Positions 1 to 7,078 of a stretch of DNA of 20,000 bases are shown here, one piece after another. Where the stretch lies: IMG/VR virus record IMGVR_UViG_3300028591_000107. One strand, 5' to 3'. This DNA comes from an uncultured virus (IMG/VR IMGVR_UViG_3300028591_000107) (taxonomy: Duplodnaviria > Heunggongvirae > Uroviricota > Caudoviricetes). Position 1 is the first letter of the stretch; each line of letters starts with the position of its first letter. The notes under the pieces are model-generated. The model searched no databases and had not been told where the DNA came from. It saw nothing but the letters and a program-made list of their open reading frames with translations. The translations under genes and the position numbers were made by a program.

Positions 1-255
1 TATGATATATTAACTCATATATTTAAACCTAATTGGGATAGATATGGTAAACGCGCAGGATTTAAACGTAATGAAGATATTATTAAAAATTGTGATATAT
101 GTATAGCAATTTGGGATGGTAAATCTCCAGGTACAAAACATTCTATGGATTTATGTAAAGCTTATTTTAAAAGATTATATGTTTGGAATAATTCACCAGG
201 ACAAAAACGATTATATACATATAAATACGAAAACACTCAATTAGAATTGTTTTAA
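1..255 (+). CDS. SLOG-superfamily YspA/DUF2493-like protein, 5' partial (not in ORF track)
   Basis: Frame 1 is open from the window edge: YDILTHIFKPNWDRYGKRAGFKRNEDIIKNCDICIAIWDGKSPGTKHSMDLCK...TQLELF*. The W-x2-YGKRAG-x2-RN and WDGKS-x-GT motifs are typical of phage DUF2493/YspA SLOG proteins. Confidence 0.85.
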   Translation, partial: YDILTHIFKPNWDRYGKRAGFKRNEDIIKNCDICIAIWDGKSPGTKHSMDLCKAYFKRLYVWNNSPGQKRLYTYKYENTQLELF

Positions 256-281
256 GAGTTGAACTTAGGTTCAACTCTTTT
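254..281 (+). terminator. Intrinsic terminator
   Basis: AAGAGTTGAAC-TTAG-GTTCAACTCTT, a perfect 11-bp stem followed by a T-rich tail, directly after the stop at 255. Confidence 0.8.
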
Positions 282-311
282 CTATTTTATTAAAAATATA
301 TTAAAAATAGT

Positions 312-902
312 ATGTATTTTCAAGGACCATTCTTGTTATTGAATGAAAAAAATGGACATTATTTTGAAATTGATAAAATAAATATAACTACAGAATTTGA
401 TCAAGTATGTAAAATAGACTTTTATTTATGTCAAAATCATAATAATGAACATGAATTAAATGATATGTTTTATAAAGATAAATTATTTGAATCTATTGAT
501 GGTGGACAAGGTTTTTCTAAAAGTTTTTTGGCTGATTATATATTATATGAATTAATTAAAGTGGATAAAAAAACTTATAGAAAGAAAAAATCATTAGAAT
601 TAAAAGTTGGATTACTTATTTCTCATAATTTTAAAGAATCATATTGTACAGTTCATTTTGATTATTTTATTGTTAATTCAGATTCAAAATTACATTCTTA
701 TATAAATAAAGAACAAGCTTTATATAATCAAGAACGTCAACTTCGATTAGAAACAGCTAGACTTTTATTAAATCAAAATTTTTATAATTTTGAAGAATAT
801 GAAATAGACCAAAAAGAAAAGGAATTAGATGAAATACAAAATAGTTGGAGAAAATTTACTCCATGTGGTCTTTATAAATTATGGGTTAATGGGAGATTTT
901 AA
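312..902 (+). CDS. Hypothetical protein (196 aa)
   Basis: Long ORF in AT-rich DNA, ending 2 nt before the uvsW start. No recognised motif. Confidence 0.75.
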   Translation: MYFQGPFLLLNEKNGHYFEIDKINITTEFDQVCKIDFYLCQNHNNEHELNDMFYKDKLFESIDGGQGFSKSFLADYILYELIKVDKKTYRKKKSLELKVGLLISHNFKESYCTVHFDYFIVNSDSKLHSYINKEQALYNQERQLRLETARLLLNQNFYNFEEYEIDQKEKELDEIQNSWRKFTPCGLYKLWVNGRF

Positions 903-904
903 TT

Positions 905-2698
905 ATGATACATTTTATATTTACAGAAGATGATCCAAGATATTTGTTTTTAAAATTTGATAATTTAGAAGATGATTTAAATTTACAAAAATTAAAAGAA
1001 CATATTAATCTTGTAGATCCCATATGTTATTTAGCAACATATCAAGGAAGAGAACCATTTACTCAAGATTTTTTATACGAATATATTCAACCAACAGGTA
1101 CAAAAATATATTATTGTTCTATTGGTTTATGGCAAGAGATTTATATATTTTTTAGAGATAATAATATTCCATTTGATGGTCTTTTGGATCACCAACAATT
1201 CTTTAAAAGAAAAATGCAACATTCATTTGAGGAATTTAAAGAAATTGTTGATAGTTGGGGTATGTCAAGAACACCAAGACCTTATCAATATGAGTCAGCA
1301 TATAAAATTTTGACATGGAAACAATCTATAAGTGAACTAGCTACACGTGCCGGTAAAACACTTATAGCATATATGGTGTTTAGATATTGTGTAGAATATC
1401 TTGGTGCAAAAAGAATGTTAATGATAGTTCCATCAATTGACTTGGTAACACAAGGTTTTAATGACTTTAATGAATATAAAGAATTTTTCAAAACTGAATG
1501 TATTTGGGCAGGAGGTAAATTAGTAGAATCTGCAAATTTGACAATAGGCACTTTTCAATCTCTTATAAAATTCTTGGAGAAAAAAGATGCAAAAGGAAAA
1601 CCTAATAAAAAATATAATCCGCATTTTTTTGATGGTTATGACATAGTATTTGTTGATGAAACACATAGAGCTACAGCCGAACAAATGAAAACAATTATTA
1701 GTCAGCCTTTTATGAAAAGTGTAAAAATAGCCTATGGAATGACAGGTACAATTCCACCAAAAAACACTATTCCATATTTTTGTCTTAAATCGTTATTAGG
1801 CGCAACCATACAAATTATAAAACCTTATCAATTGATGGAACAAGGTTATATATCAAAGGTTAAGATAAAACAAATAAGATTACATTATAAAGATAAAAAT
1901 TTAGAAAAAAATGCATATATGAAATGTGCAGAATATGCCATTGGGGATTTCAAATTAGAACCAGATCCTAAAAAACCTGGTAAGATGAAAAAAATACCTT
2001 TAGAAAATCCAATTCATCAATTAAAGTTTGAAAAGAATATACCTGGTGGTGTATTAGATACTAAACATTTAATATTTGGTGATAAGAAAGAAGATGATTT
2101 AATGTATAATGAAATGAGAGATGCATATATAAAAGCATTAAAAACATTATTAGCAGAATCGAAAAATTCAAATGCGTTGGTTGTTGAAAGATATACAACC
2201 CATTTTATGAATGCTCGTATAGATTATTTATGTAATAATGTTTTACCAATATGTGTTAATAATACATTAATACTTGGACATCATACAACTTATTTACAAT
2301 ATTTGACTGAAATAATTAAGCAACGTTTTCCAACTAGAAATGTTGTAACAATTACTGGAAGTGTAAATAAAAAGAAGAGAGATGAAATAAAGGAGTTATT
2401 AAAAGAAAATAATAATTGTATATTGATTGCTTCATATGGTGTTATGTCTACTGGTATTACACTTTCAAATCTTTGTTTTGGTGTATTGTTTGAATCTTTT
2501 AAATCAAATGTAGTTAATATGCAATCAATAGGACGTGGATTAGGATTATCTGATCTTAAAGAAGAATATGTATTATTTGATTTTATAGATTGTTTCGATA
2601 AAGTATGTACAAATAAAATTTATCAACAAGGATTAAGAAAAATAGAAATATATGAAGACAATCATTATCCTTACGAAATTATAAATGTTAGGGTTTAA
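905..2698 (+). CDS. uvsW: UvsW-like SF2 DNA helicase
   Basis: Q motif PRPYQ, Walker A ATRAGKT, Walker B VDETH, motif III GMTGT, motif V ASYGVMSTGI and motif VI QSIGRGL, matching the T4 UvsW pattern. Confidence 0.92.
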   Translation: MIHFIFTEDDPRYLFLKFDNLEDDLNLQKLKEHINLVDPICYLATYQGREPFTQDFLYEYIQPTGTKIYYCSIGLWQEIYIFFRDNNIPFDGLLDHQQFFKRKMQHSFEEFKEIVDSWGMSRTPRPYQYESAYKILTWKQSISELATRAGKTLIAYMVFRYCVEYLGAKRMLMIVPSIDLVTQGFNDFNEYKEFFKTECIWAGGKLVESANLTIGTFQSLIKFLEKKDAKGKPNKKYNPHFFDGYDIVFVDETHRATAEQMKTIISQPFMKSVKIAYGMTGTIPPKNTIPYFCLKSLLGATIQIIKPYQLMEQGYISKVKIKQIRLHYKDKNLEKNAYMKCAEYAIGDFKLEPDPKKPGKMKKIPLENPIHQLKFEKNIPGGVLDTKHLIFGDKKEDDLMYNEMRDAYIKALKTLLAESKNSNALVVERYTTHFMNARIDYLCNNVLPICVNNTLILGHHTTYLQYLTEIIKQRFPTRNVVTITGSVNKKKRDEIKELLKENNNCILIASYGVMSTGITLSNLCFGVLFESFKSNVVNMQSIGRGLGLSDLKEEYVLFDFIDCFDKVCTNKIYQQGLRKIEIYEDNHYPYEIINVRV

Positions 2699-2732
2699 TG
2701 TCTATTTTAATTATAATTTATAGTTATTAATA

Positions 2733-3074
2733 ATGGAAATTAATGAATATCAAAATCAAACAAAAAACTATTTACCATATCCTCCAGAATTAGGACCATT
2801 TTATAATACTATATGTTTACAAAATGACATAGGTAATTTAAGTAATAAAGTTAAAGAACTTATGGATAATCCTGAGCAAAAAATAGATAAACAATATGCA
2901 TTAAAAATGGCTATTAATTTAGGAGATATTATGGGTCATGTTTCAAATTTGGCAAATGATATTGGGATGACATTGGAAGAATTATGTGCATTAAATTTAA
3001 GAAAGCTTCAAATGGAAAGAGATAAATTCCATTTAAAACAAAATCAAAATGTAAATACATATGAAAATAAGTAA
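2733..3074 (+). CDS. MazG-like NTP pyrophosphohydrolase fold protein with degenerate active site
   Basis: N-terminal INEYQ and LGDIMGHVSNLANDIGMTLEELCALNLRKL match the phage MazG-like pattern. The canonical ExxE/ELGD acidic residues are largely replaced. Confidence 0.75.
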   Translation: MEINEYQNQTKNYLPYPPELGPFYNTICLQNDIGNLSNKVKELMDNPEQKIDKQYALKMAINLGDIMGHVSNLANDIGMTLEELCALNLRKLQMERDKFHLKQNQNVNTYENK

Positions 3075-4005
3075 AACACCTTTTATTAAGTGGACAGGTA
3101 GTAAAAGGAAACAAGCACCATATATAGTAAATCAATTTCCTAAAGAAATAAATACATATTATGAATGTTTTTTAGGTGGAGGTTCAGTTTTACATGAATT
3201 ATTAAATAGAATATCTATAGGAGAATATAAAGTTAATAAAATAATATGTTCAGATTTAAATAGAGATTTAATTGATATATTTAATATATTCAAAAATAAA
3301 GATACTAGAAAAAAATTATTTGATTATTATTCAAACTTACATTATCAATTAATAGATAGAGCAGATATTCCAAACACACCAGATACTATTGAACAAATTA
3401 AAAAATGTCAAACATTATATTATGAAATGAGAAATAAATATAATGAATATATTGAAAATAATATTTATAATGATGAACGATCAATGTTATTTTATTGGAT
3501 AACAAGGACATGTTTTAATGGTCTTATAAGATATAATCCAAAATCTGGAAAATTTAATTCACCATTTCATGTAGGTGGTCGTTTTGGTATTAAACCCGAT
3601 GAACTTCAAAATGTATTTGATAGTTGGGGTTATGTAATGGATAATGTTGACATAGAATTTGTATGTAAATCATATGATGAAGTAATTAAAAATGCTAAAA
3701 AGGGTGATGTAGTATATATGGATCCACCTTATGAAAATACTGGTGGAATGTATTTTTGTACAACATTTGATGTAGAACACATGTATGATGTTATTGAAAA
3801 CATATCTAATAATGGGGCTAAAGTATTATTAAGTTATGATGGATTTAGTGGAGATAAAGATGATAGAACAGCAGATGTACGAAAATGGTATGTACGTCAT
3901 GAATATGTAAATAGTGGGCATTCATCATTTAAGAAACTTAAATCTAAATCATGTGGAACTGCTTCTAAAGATTTGATACGTGATTCGTTATATATGAACT
4001 TTTAA
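3061..4005 (+). CDS. dam: DNA adenine methyltransferase (Dam/D12 class)
   Basis: FIKWTGSK, motif I YYECFLGGGSV, TRD-like FNGLIRYN...FNSPF and catalytic YMDPPY. Overlaps the upstream gene by 14 nt. Confidence 0.92.
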   Translation: MKISKTPFIKWTGSKRKQAPYIVNQFPKEINTYYECFLGGGSVLHELLNRISIGEYKVNKIICSDLNRDLIDIFNIFKNKDTRKKLFDYYSNLHYQLIDRADIPNTPDTIEQIKKCQTLYYEMRNKYNEYIENNIYNDERSMLFYWITRTCFNGLIRYNPKSGKFNSPFHVGGRFGIKPDELQNVFDSWGYVMDNVDIEFVCKSYDEVIKNAKKGDVVYMDPPYENTGGMYFCTTFDVEHMYDVIENISNNGAKVLLSYDGFSGDKDDRTADVRKWYVRHEYVNSGHSSFKKLKSKSCGTASKDLIRDSLYMNF

Positions 4006-4032
4006 ATAAATAAAAATATAAAATTAAATATT

Positions 4033-4182
4033 ATGAATAAATCTATAACTGTTAATGAGCTTAAACAAATTTTAAATAAATTTAATGATAGTGATATTGT
4101 TAAACTTGAAATAAATGAATTATATTGGGATATCACAAATATAGAGTATAAAGATAATATTATAATTTTAAAATATGACTAA
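4033..4182 (+). CDS. Small hypothetical phage protein (49 aa; not in ORF track)
   Basis: MNKSITVNELKQILNKFNDSDIVKLEINELYWDITNIEYKDNIIILKYD*. It fills the gap between genes and has the TVxELxxxLxxF N-terminus common among small phage proteins. Confidence 0.65.
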   Translation: MNKSITVNELKQILNKFNDSDIVKLEINELYWDITNIEYKDNIIILKYD

Positions 4183-4253
4183 AGAAGAATTAACCTAAAG
4201 AATAAATTATATTTAGATAAAAAATTAGAAATATAAAATAAATTAAATATAAT

Positions 4254-5078
4254 ATGAAGAATATTGGATTGGTATATATGGCGACATCAGTTTATAAAAA
4301 TTATTTTCCTAATTTTTTGGAATCGATTAAATTTTTATTTCCTGACGATAATAAAACATTATTAATTATTAGTGATGGTTTACAAGAATACAATAATCAA
4401 ATAATTAATAATACAAAAATATATGTTAAAGACGTAGTAGATCTTCCATATCCATTTTTACCTTGTTGTAAATTTAGATTTGTAACAAGATATACAAAGG
4501 AATTTAATTTTGATTTTATTATGAATTTTGATTCAGATACAATCATATTAGAAAAACCTAAAGAGTTTTGGGAATCGCTCAAAATAAAAATGGAAAGTGG
4601 AAAATTATTAATGACATTACACCCACATTATTTATATACACCATATAGAGATTTTTATGAACCATTTATTGTTTCTAATAAAGATAGTATAGGATATATT
4701 GATGCAAATTATATTAATGAACATCGATCTTATATAATGACTAGTTTCTTTGGAGGAAAATATGATATTATAAAATATTTTGATGATAAAATTTATTATA
4801 TGCTTGGTAGAGATATGGATAATCTTAGATGGATTCCACGTTTTCCTGATGAAGCATATATGAATAAATTATATATTGAAGAAAATGTTTTAAACAATAA
4901 TGATAATATTTTATTAGAAAGATATGTAACAATTAATCCTTATATTTATGGAGATTTTCCTGAAAGAAATAATGGAGATATACATACAAATAATTTTCCT
5001 GAATATGATGATACAATTTTTATGAATCAAAAATATGATATATCATTAAAAGAAGATAAAAAAAATAATAATATTTAA
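4254..5078 (+). CDS. Family 6 glycosyltransferase (GT6, ABO/alpha-1,3-Gal(NAc) transferase-like)
   Basis: IGLVYMATSVYKNYFPNFLES, LLIISD, DxD motif (FDSDT), LHP, SFFGG and DEAYMNK follow the order of conserved GT6 blocks. Confidence 0.8.
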   Translation: MKNIGLVYMATSVYKNYFPNFLESIKFLFPDDNKTLLIISDGLQEYNNQIINNTKIYVKDVVDLPYPFLPCCKFRFVTRYTKEFNFDFIMNFDSDTIILEKPKEFWESLKIKMESGKLLMTLHPHYLYTPYRDFYEPFIVSNKDSIGYIDANYINEHRSYIMTSFFGGKYDIIKYFDDKIYYMLGRDMDNLRWIPRFPDEAYMNKLYIEENVLNNNDNILLERYVTINPYIYGDFPERNNGDIHTNNFPEYDDTIFMNQKYDISLKEDKKNNNI

Positions 5079-5087
5079 ATTAATGAT

Positions 5088-5213
5088 ATGGATATAATAA
5101 ATTTTATAGAAAATTATTGTTGTATAAAAACGAATAATGGGTATAAACATATTAAGCTTAAAAAATATCAAATAGAATTAATTAAATATTTAGAAAATCA
5201 TAAAAAATTATAA
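5088..5213 (+). CDS. 41-aa microprotein resembling the N-terminal Q-motif segment of T4-type large terminase (not in ORF track)
   Basis: MDIINFIENYCCIKTNNGYKHIKLKKYQIELIKYLENHKKL*. It starts 9 nt after the GT6 stop and ends 4 nt before the next ATG. Confidence 0.7.
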   Translation: MDIINFIENYCCIKTNNGYKHIKLKKYQIELIKYLENHKKL

Positions 5214-5217
5214 AGAT

Positions 5218-5580
5218 ATGGGATTAGATAATTTTACAAGATGTATTTATGGGTGGAAAGTTGAAGACCGTAAAAATGTTAAAAAGTTTGAAGATAAACT
5301 TGAAAAAGTAAATGAAAATTATTATGATGATTATTGCGATTTTTTAGTAACAGATACAATGTGTGGAGAATATATTTTCTTTGGTGCACATTTAGTCTAT
5401 TATGATGCTGATGAAGGTGGTGAAGTTATAGTTGATGATAAACTTATTAAACAAGTTACTAATAAATATAAAAACTTTTTAAAAGAACACCCAGAATTAG
5501 ATGAATTTTTAACCGAGCAAATAGGTAAATTAACAACAAGTAAAAAACCCCAATTATATATATTTCAACAAATTTGGTAA
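5218..5580 (+). CDS. Hypothetical protein (120 aa)
   Basis: ORF tightly packed with neighbours and showing phage-like codon usage. Confidence 0.8.
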   Translation: MGLDNFTRCIYGWKVEDRKNVKKFEDKLEKVNENYYDDYCDFLVTDTMCGEYIFFGAHLVYYDADEGGEVIVDDKLIKQVTNKYKNFLKEHPELDEFLTEQIGKLTTSKKPQLYIFQQIW

Positions 5581-5583
5581 GTT

Positions 5584-5859
5584 ATGAGCATATTAATAAA
5601 TAAATTAAAAGAATATATTAATAACATCAGAGATATTCGTAAAGAAACGATTAAATCTGATGAAATGAATGAAGAGCAATTATATTATCTGCAAGAAGGT
5701 TTTAGGGAAGGATTATGTATGGCTGCTATGATGTTAGCTGATGAACTTGATGCAGAAATAGGTTATGAAAAATATTTAAATATTGAAGAGAATTGGTGGC
5801 ATACTCACACAGACGAGAACGGTGATATTGGTACCGATGAACGTTTAATTATAAATTAA
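5584..5859 (+). CDS. Hypothetical acidic protein (91 aa)
   Basis: ORF with 3-nt and 2-nt gaps to its flanking genes. Confidence 0.78.
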   Translation: MSILINKLKEYINNIRDIRKETIKSDEMNEEQLYYLQEGFREGLCMAAMMLADELDAEIGYEKYLNIEENWWHTHTDENGDIGTDERLIIN

Positions 5860-5861
5860 TT

Positions 5862-6356
5862 ATGGATATAGGAAGTGGAAATGGTTATCCAAATGCAGCA
5901 TTATCAAATTTTGCTCCGCATCCATTTGAAATAGATGGAGTAGAATGTGCATCTATGGAGGGATTTTTGCAAAGTCTTAAATTTGAATCCGTAGATATGC
6001 AAAGATATGTTTGCACATTAGTTGGTAAAGCTGCAAAGAAAAAAGGTCGAAAAAAGAATTGGCAACAAAAACAAGAATTATATTGGAATGGAAAAACATA
6101 TAAACGAGATTCAGAAGAATACCAAAATCTCCTTAATAGAGCCTACAATAGACTTTACAAAAATGCGGGCTTCTATAAAGCTTTGCAAGCTACAAATGGA
6201 GCTACTTTGGAGCATTCTTTGGGAAAAAACAAGAGTTCCGAAACTGTACTTACACGACAAGAGTTCTGCTCTCGACTTACTCATTTGCGAGACAGAGGAG
6301 AACTTCCGGAATACAATAAACCAAAGCAACCGAAGCAAATGGAACTTGGAATATAA
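5862..6356 (+). CDS. 30.3: NADAR-family ADP-ribosylhydrolase, T4 gp30.3/AdfN-like
   Basis: ALSNFAPHPFEIDG...EGFLQSLK, LYWNG, YKRDSEEYQ, ALQATNG..LEHS and TVLTRQEF..L..LRD parallel T4 gp30.3 (ALSNFAQWPFVMDG..EGFLQGCK..LFWLG..LKHS..TILTEAEF), as recalled. Confidence 0.88.
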   Translation: MDIGSGNGYPNAALSNFAPHPFEIDGVECASMEGFLQSLKFESVDMQRYVCTLVGKAAKKKGRKKNWQQKQELYWNGKTYKRDSEEYQNLLNRAYNRLYKNAGFYKALQATNGATLEHSLGKNKSSETVLTRQEFCSRLTHLRDRGELPEYNKPKQPKQMELGI

Positions 6357-6384
6357 TGCAACATATTTAAACACTAAATTATAA
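6088..6384 (+). CDS. Putative overlapping +1-frame gene inside the NADAR gene (30.3'-like arrangement); alternative TTG start at 6022
   Basis: The +1 frame is open over 6022-6384, with an ATG at 6088. NADAR codon choice avoids +1 stops, and the stop lies 5 nt before the next ATG at 6390. Confidence 0.5.
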   Translation: MEKHINEIQKNTKISLIEPTIDFTKMRASIKLCKLQMELLWSILWEKTRVPKLYLHDKSSALDLLICETEENFRNTINQSNRSKWNLEYNATYLNTKL

Positions 6385-6389
6385 AATTG

Positions 6390-6515
6390 ATGGAGAATTG
6401 GAATTTGGAAGAGAGTAATATGTGCAAATTTGATCATTGTGTATATTATGATTGGGAAGAAAATAAATGTATTAGAAATATTTGTATTAAATTGGATAAT
6501 AATAATGGAAAATAA
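6390..6515 (+). CDS. Cys-rich microprotein (41 aa; not in ORF track)
   Basis: MENWNLEESNMCKFDHCVYYDWEENKCIRNICIKLDNNNGK*, with a C-x4-C-x9-C-x4-C pattern. It overlaps the next start at 6505. Confidence 0.6.
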   Translation: MENWNLEESNMCKFDHCVYYDWEENKCIRNICIKLDNNNGK

Positions 6516-6825
6516 ATATGTACCTAATAATGTTTGGAAATTTAGAATTGATTTAAAAAATAGTTATATAGAAAAAACTATTTATACAAAACCATTTCCT
6601 AATTTTCCTCTTGGTGAATATAAATCTGCGGAACAAGTTCAAAAATTTTATGATAATCAAGAAGATTTGGTTCAAGAAAAATATTTTACAAATAAACGTA
6701 TTCAAGAACTAAAAGATTATTTTTGCAAATTAATTCAAGAAGATGAAAATCCATTTTATATTTGTTGTGTAGATAAAGATAGTGGATATAATATAACAGA
6801 AGATCAATTATTTAAATTAGACTAA
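6505..6825 (+). CDS. Hypothetical protein (106 aa; start revised from 6430 TTG to ATG 6505)
   Basis: MENKYVPNNVWKFRID... The upstream extension overlaps the Cys-rich ORF and looks like off-frame sequence. Confidence 0.72.
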   Translation: MENKYVPNNVWKFRIDLKNSYIEKTIYTKPFPNFPLGEYKSAEQVQKFYDNQEDLVQEKYFTNKRIQELKDYFCKLIQEDENPFYICCVDKDSGYNITEDQLFKLD

Positions 6826-6857
6826 TAATTGATATAAAAATATTTATTAGTTAATCG

Positions 6858-7070
6858 ATGAAAAATAATGATGAAATTTCTATTTATAAATATGCTATAT
6901 TATATTATGGGAATATTTTAACTCCTAATGAATGGAAAATATTAGAAGTACCATTATCATCAATTAAATCATTAATACCTTCATATAATGGTTATGATAA
7001 AATTGAGGTTGAATGGAATGATGGAGAAGAATATCAAATAGATATGTTTAATAAAATAGAATTTAAATAA
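6858..7070 (+). CDS. Hypothetical protein (70 aa)
   Basis: ORF in the operon direction, ending 8 nt before the next gene. Confidence 0.65.
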   Translation: MKNNDEISIYKYAILYYGNILTPNEWKILEVPLSSIKSLIPSYNGYDKIEVEWNDGEEYQIDMFNKIEFK

Positions 7071-7078
7071 TTTTAATT

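Noticed and set aside
4175..4236. MTKEELT* followed by an off-frame KNKLYLDKKLEI*, a possible frameshifted gene remnant
   Set aside because: Too short to support from sequence alone.
1122..4582. Nested ORFs 1122-1313, 1285-1551, 2929-3135 and 4397-4582
   Set aside because: Short off-frame or antisense ORFs within well-supported genes, with no motifs or evident codon constraint.
6111..6437. 108-aa antisense ORF over the NADAR gene
   Set aside because: It shares codon boundaries with NADAR, so the local absence of TTA/CTA/TCA keeps it open as a by-product. It opposes the operon direction.
6430..6504. TTG-started N-terminal extension of the 6430-6825 ORF
   Set aside because: Better explained by the Cys-rich ORF 6390-6515 in another frame. 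ATG 6505 is the more plausible start.
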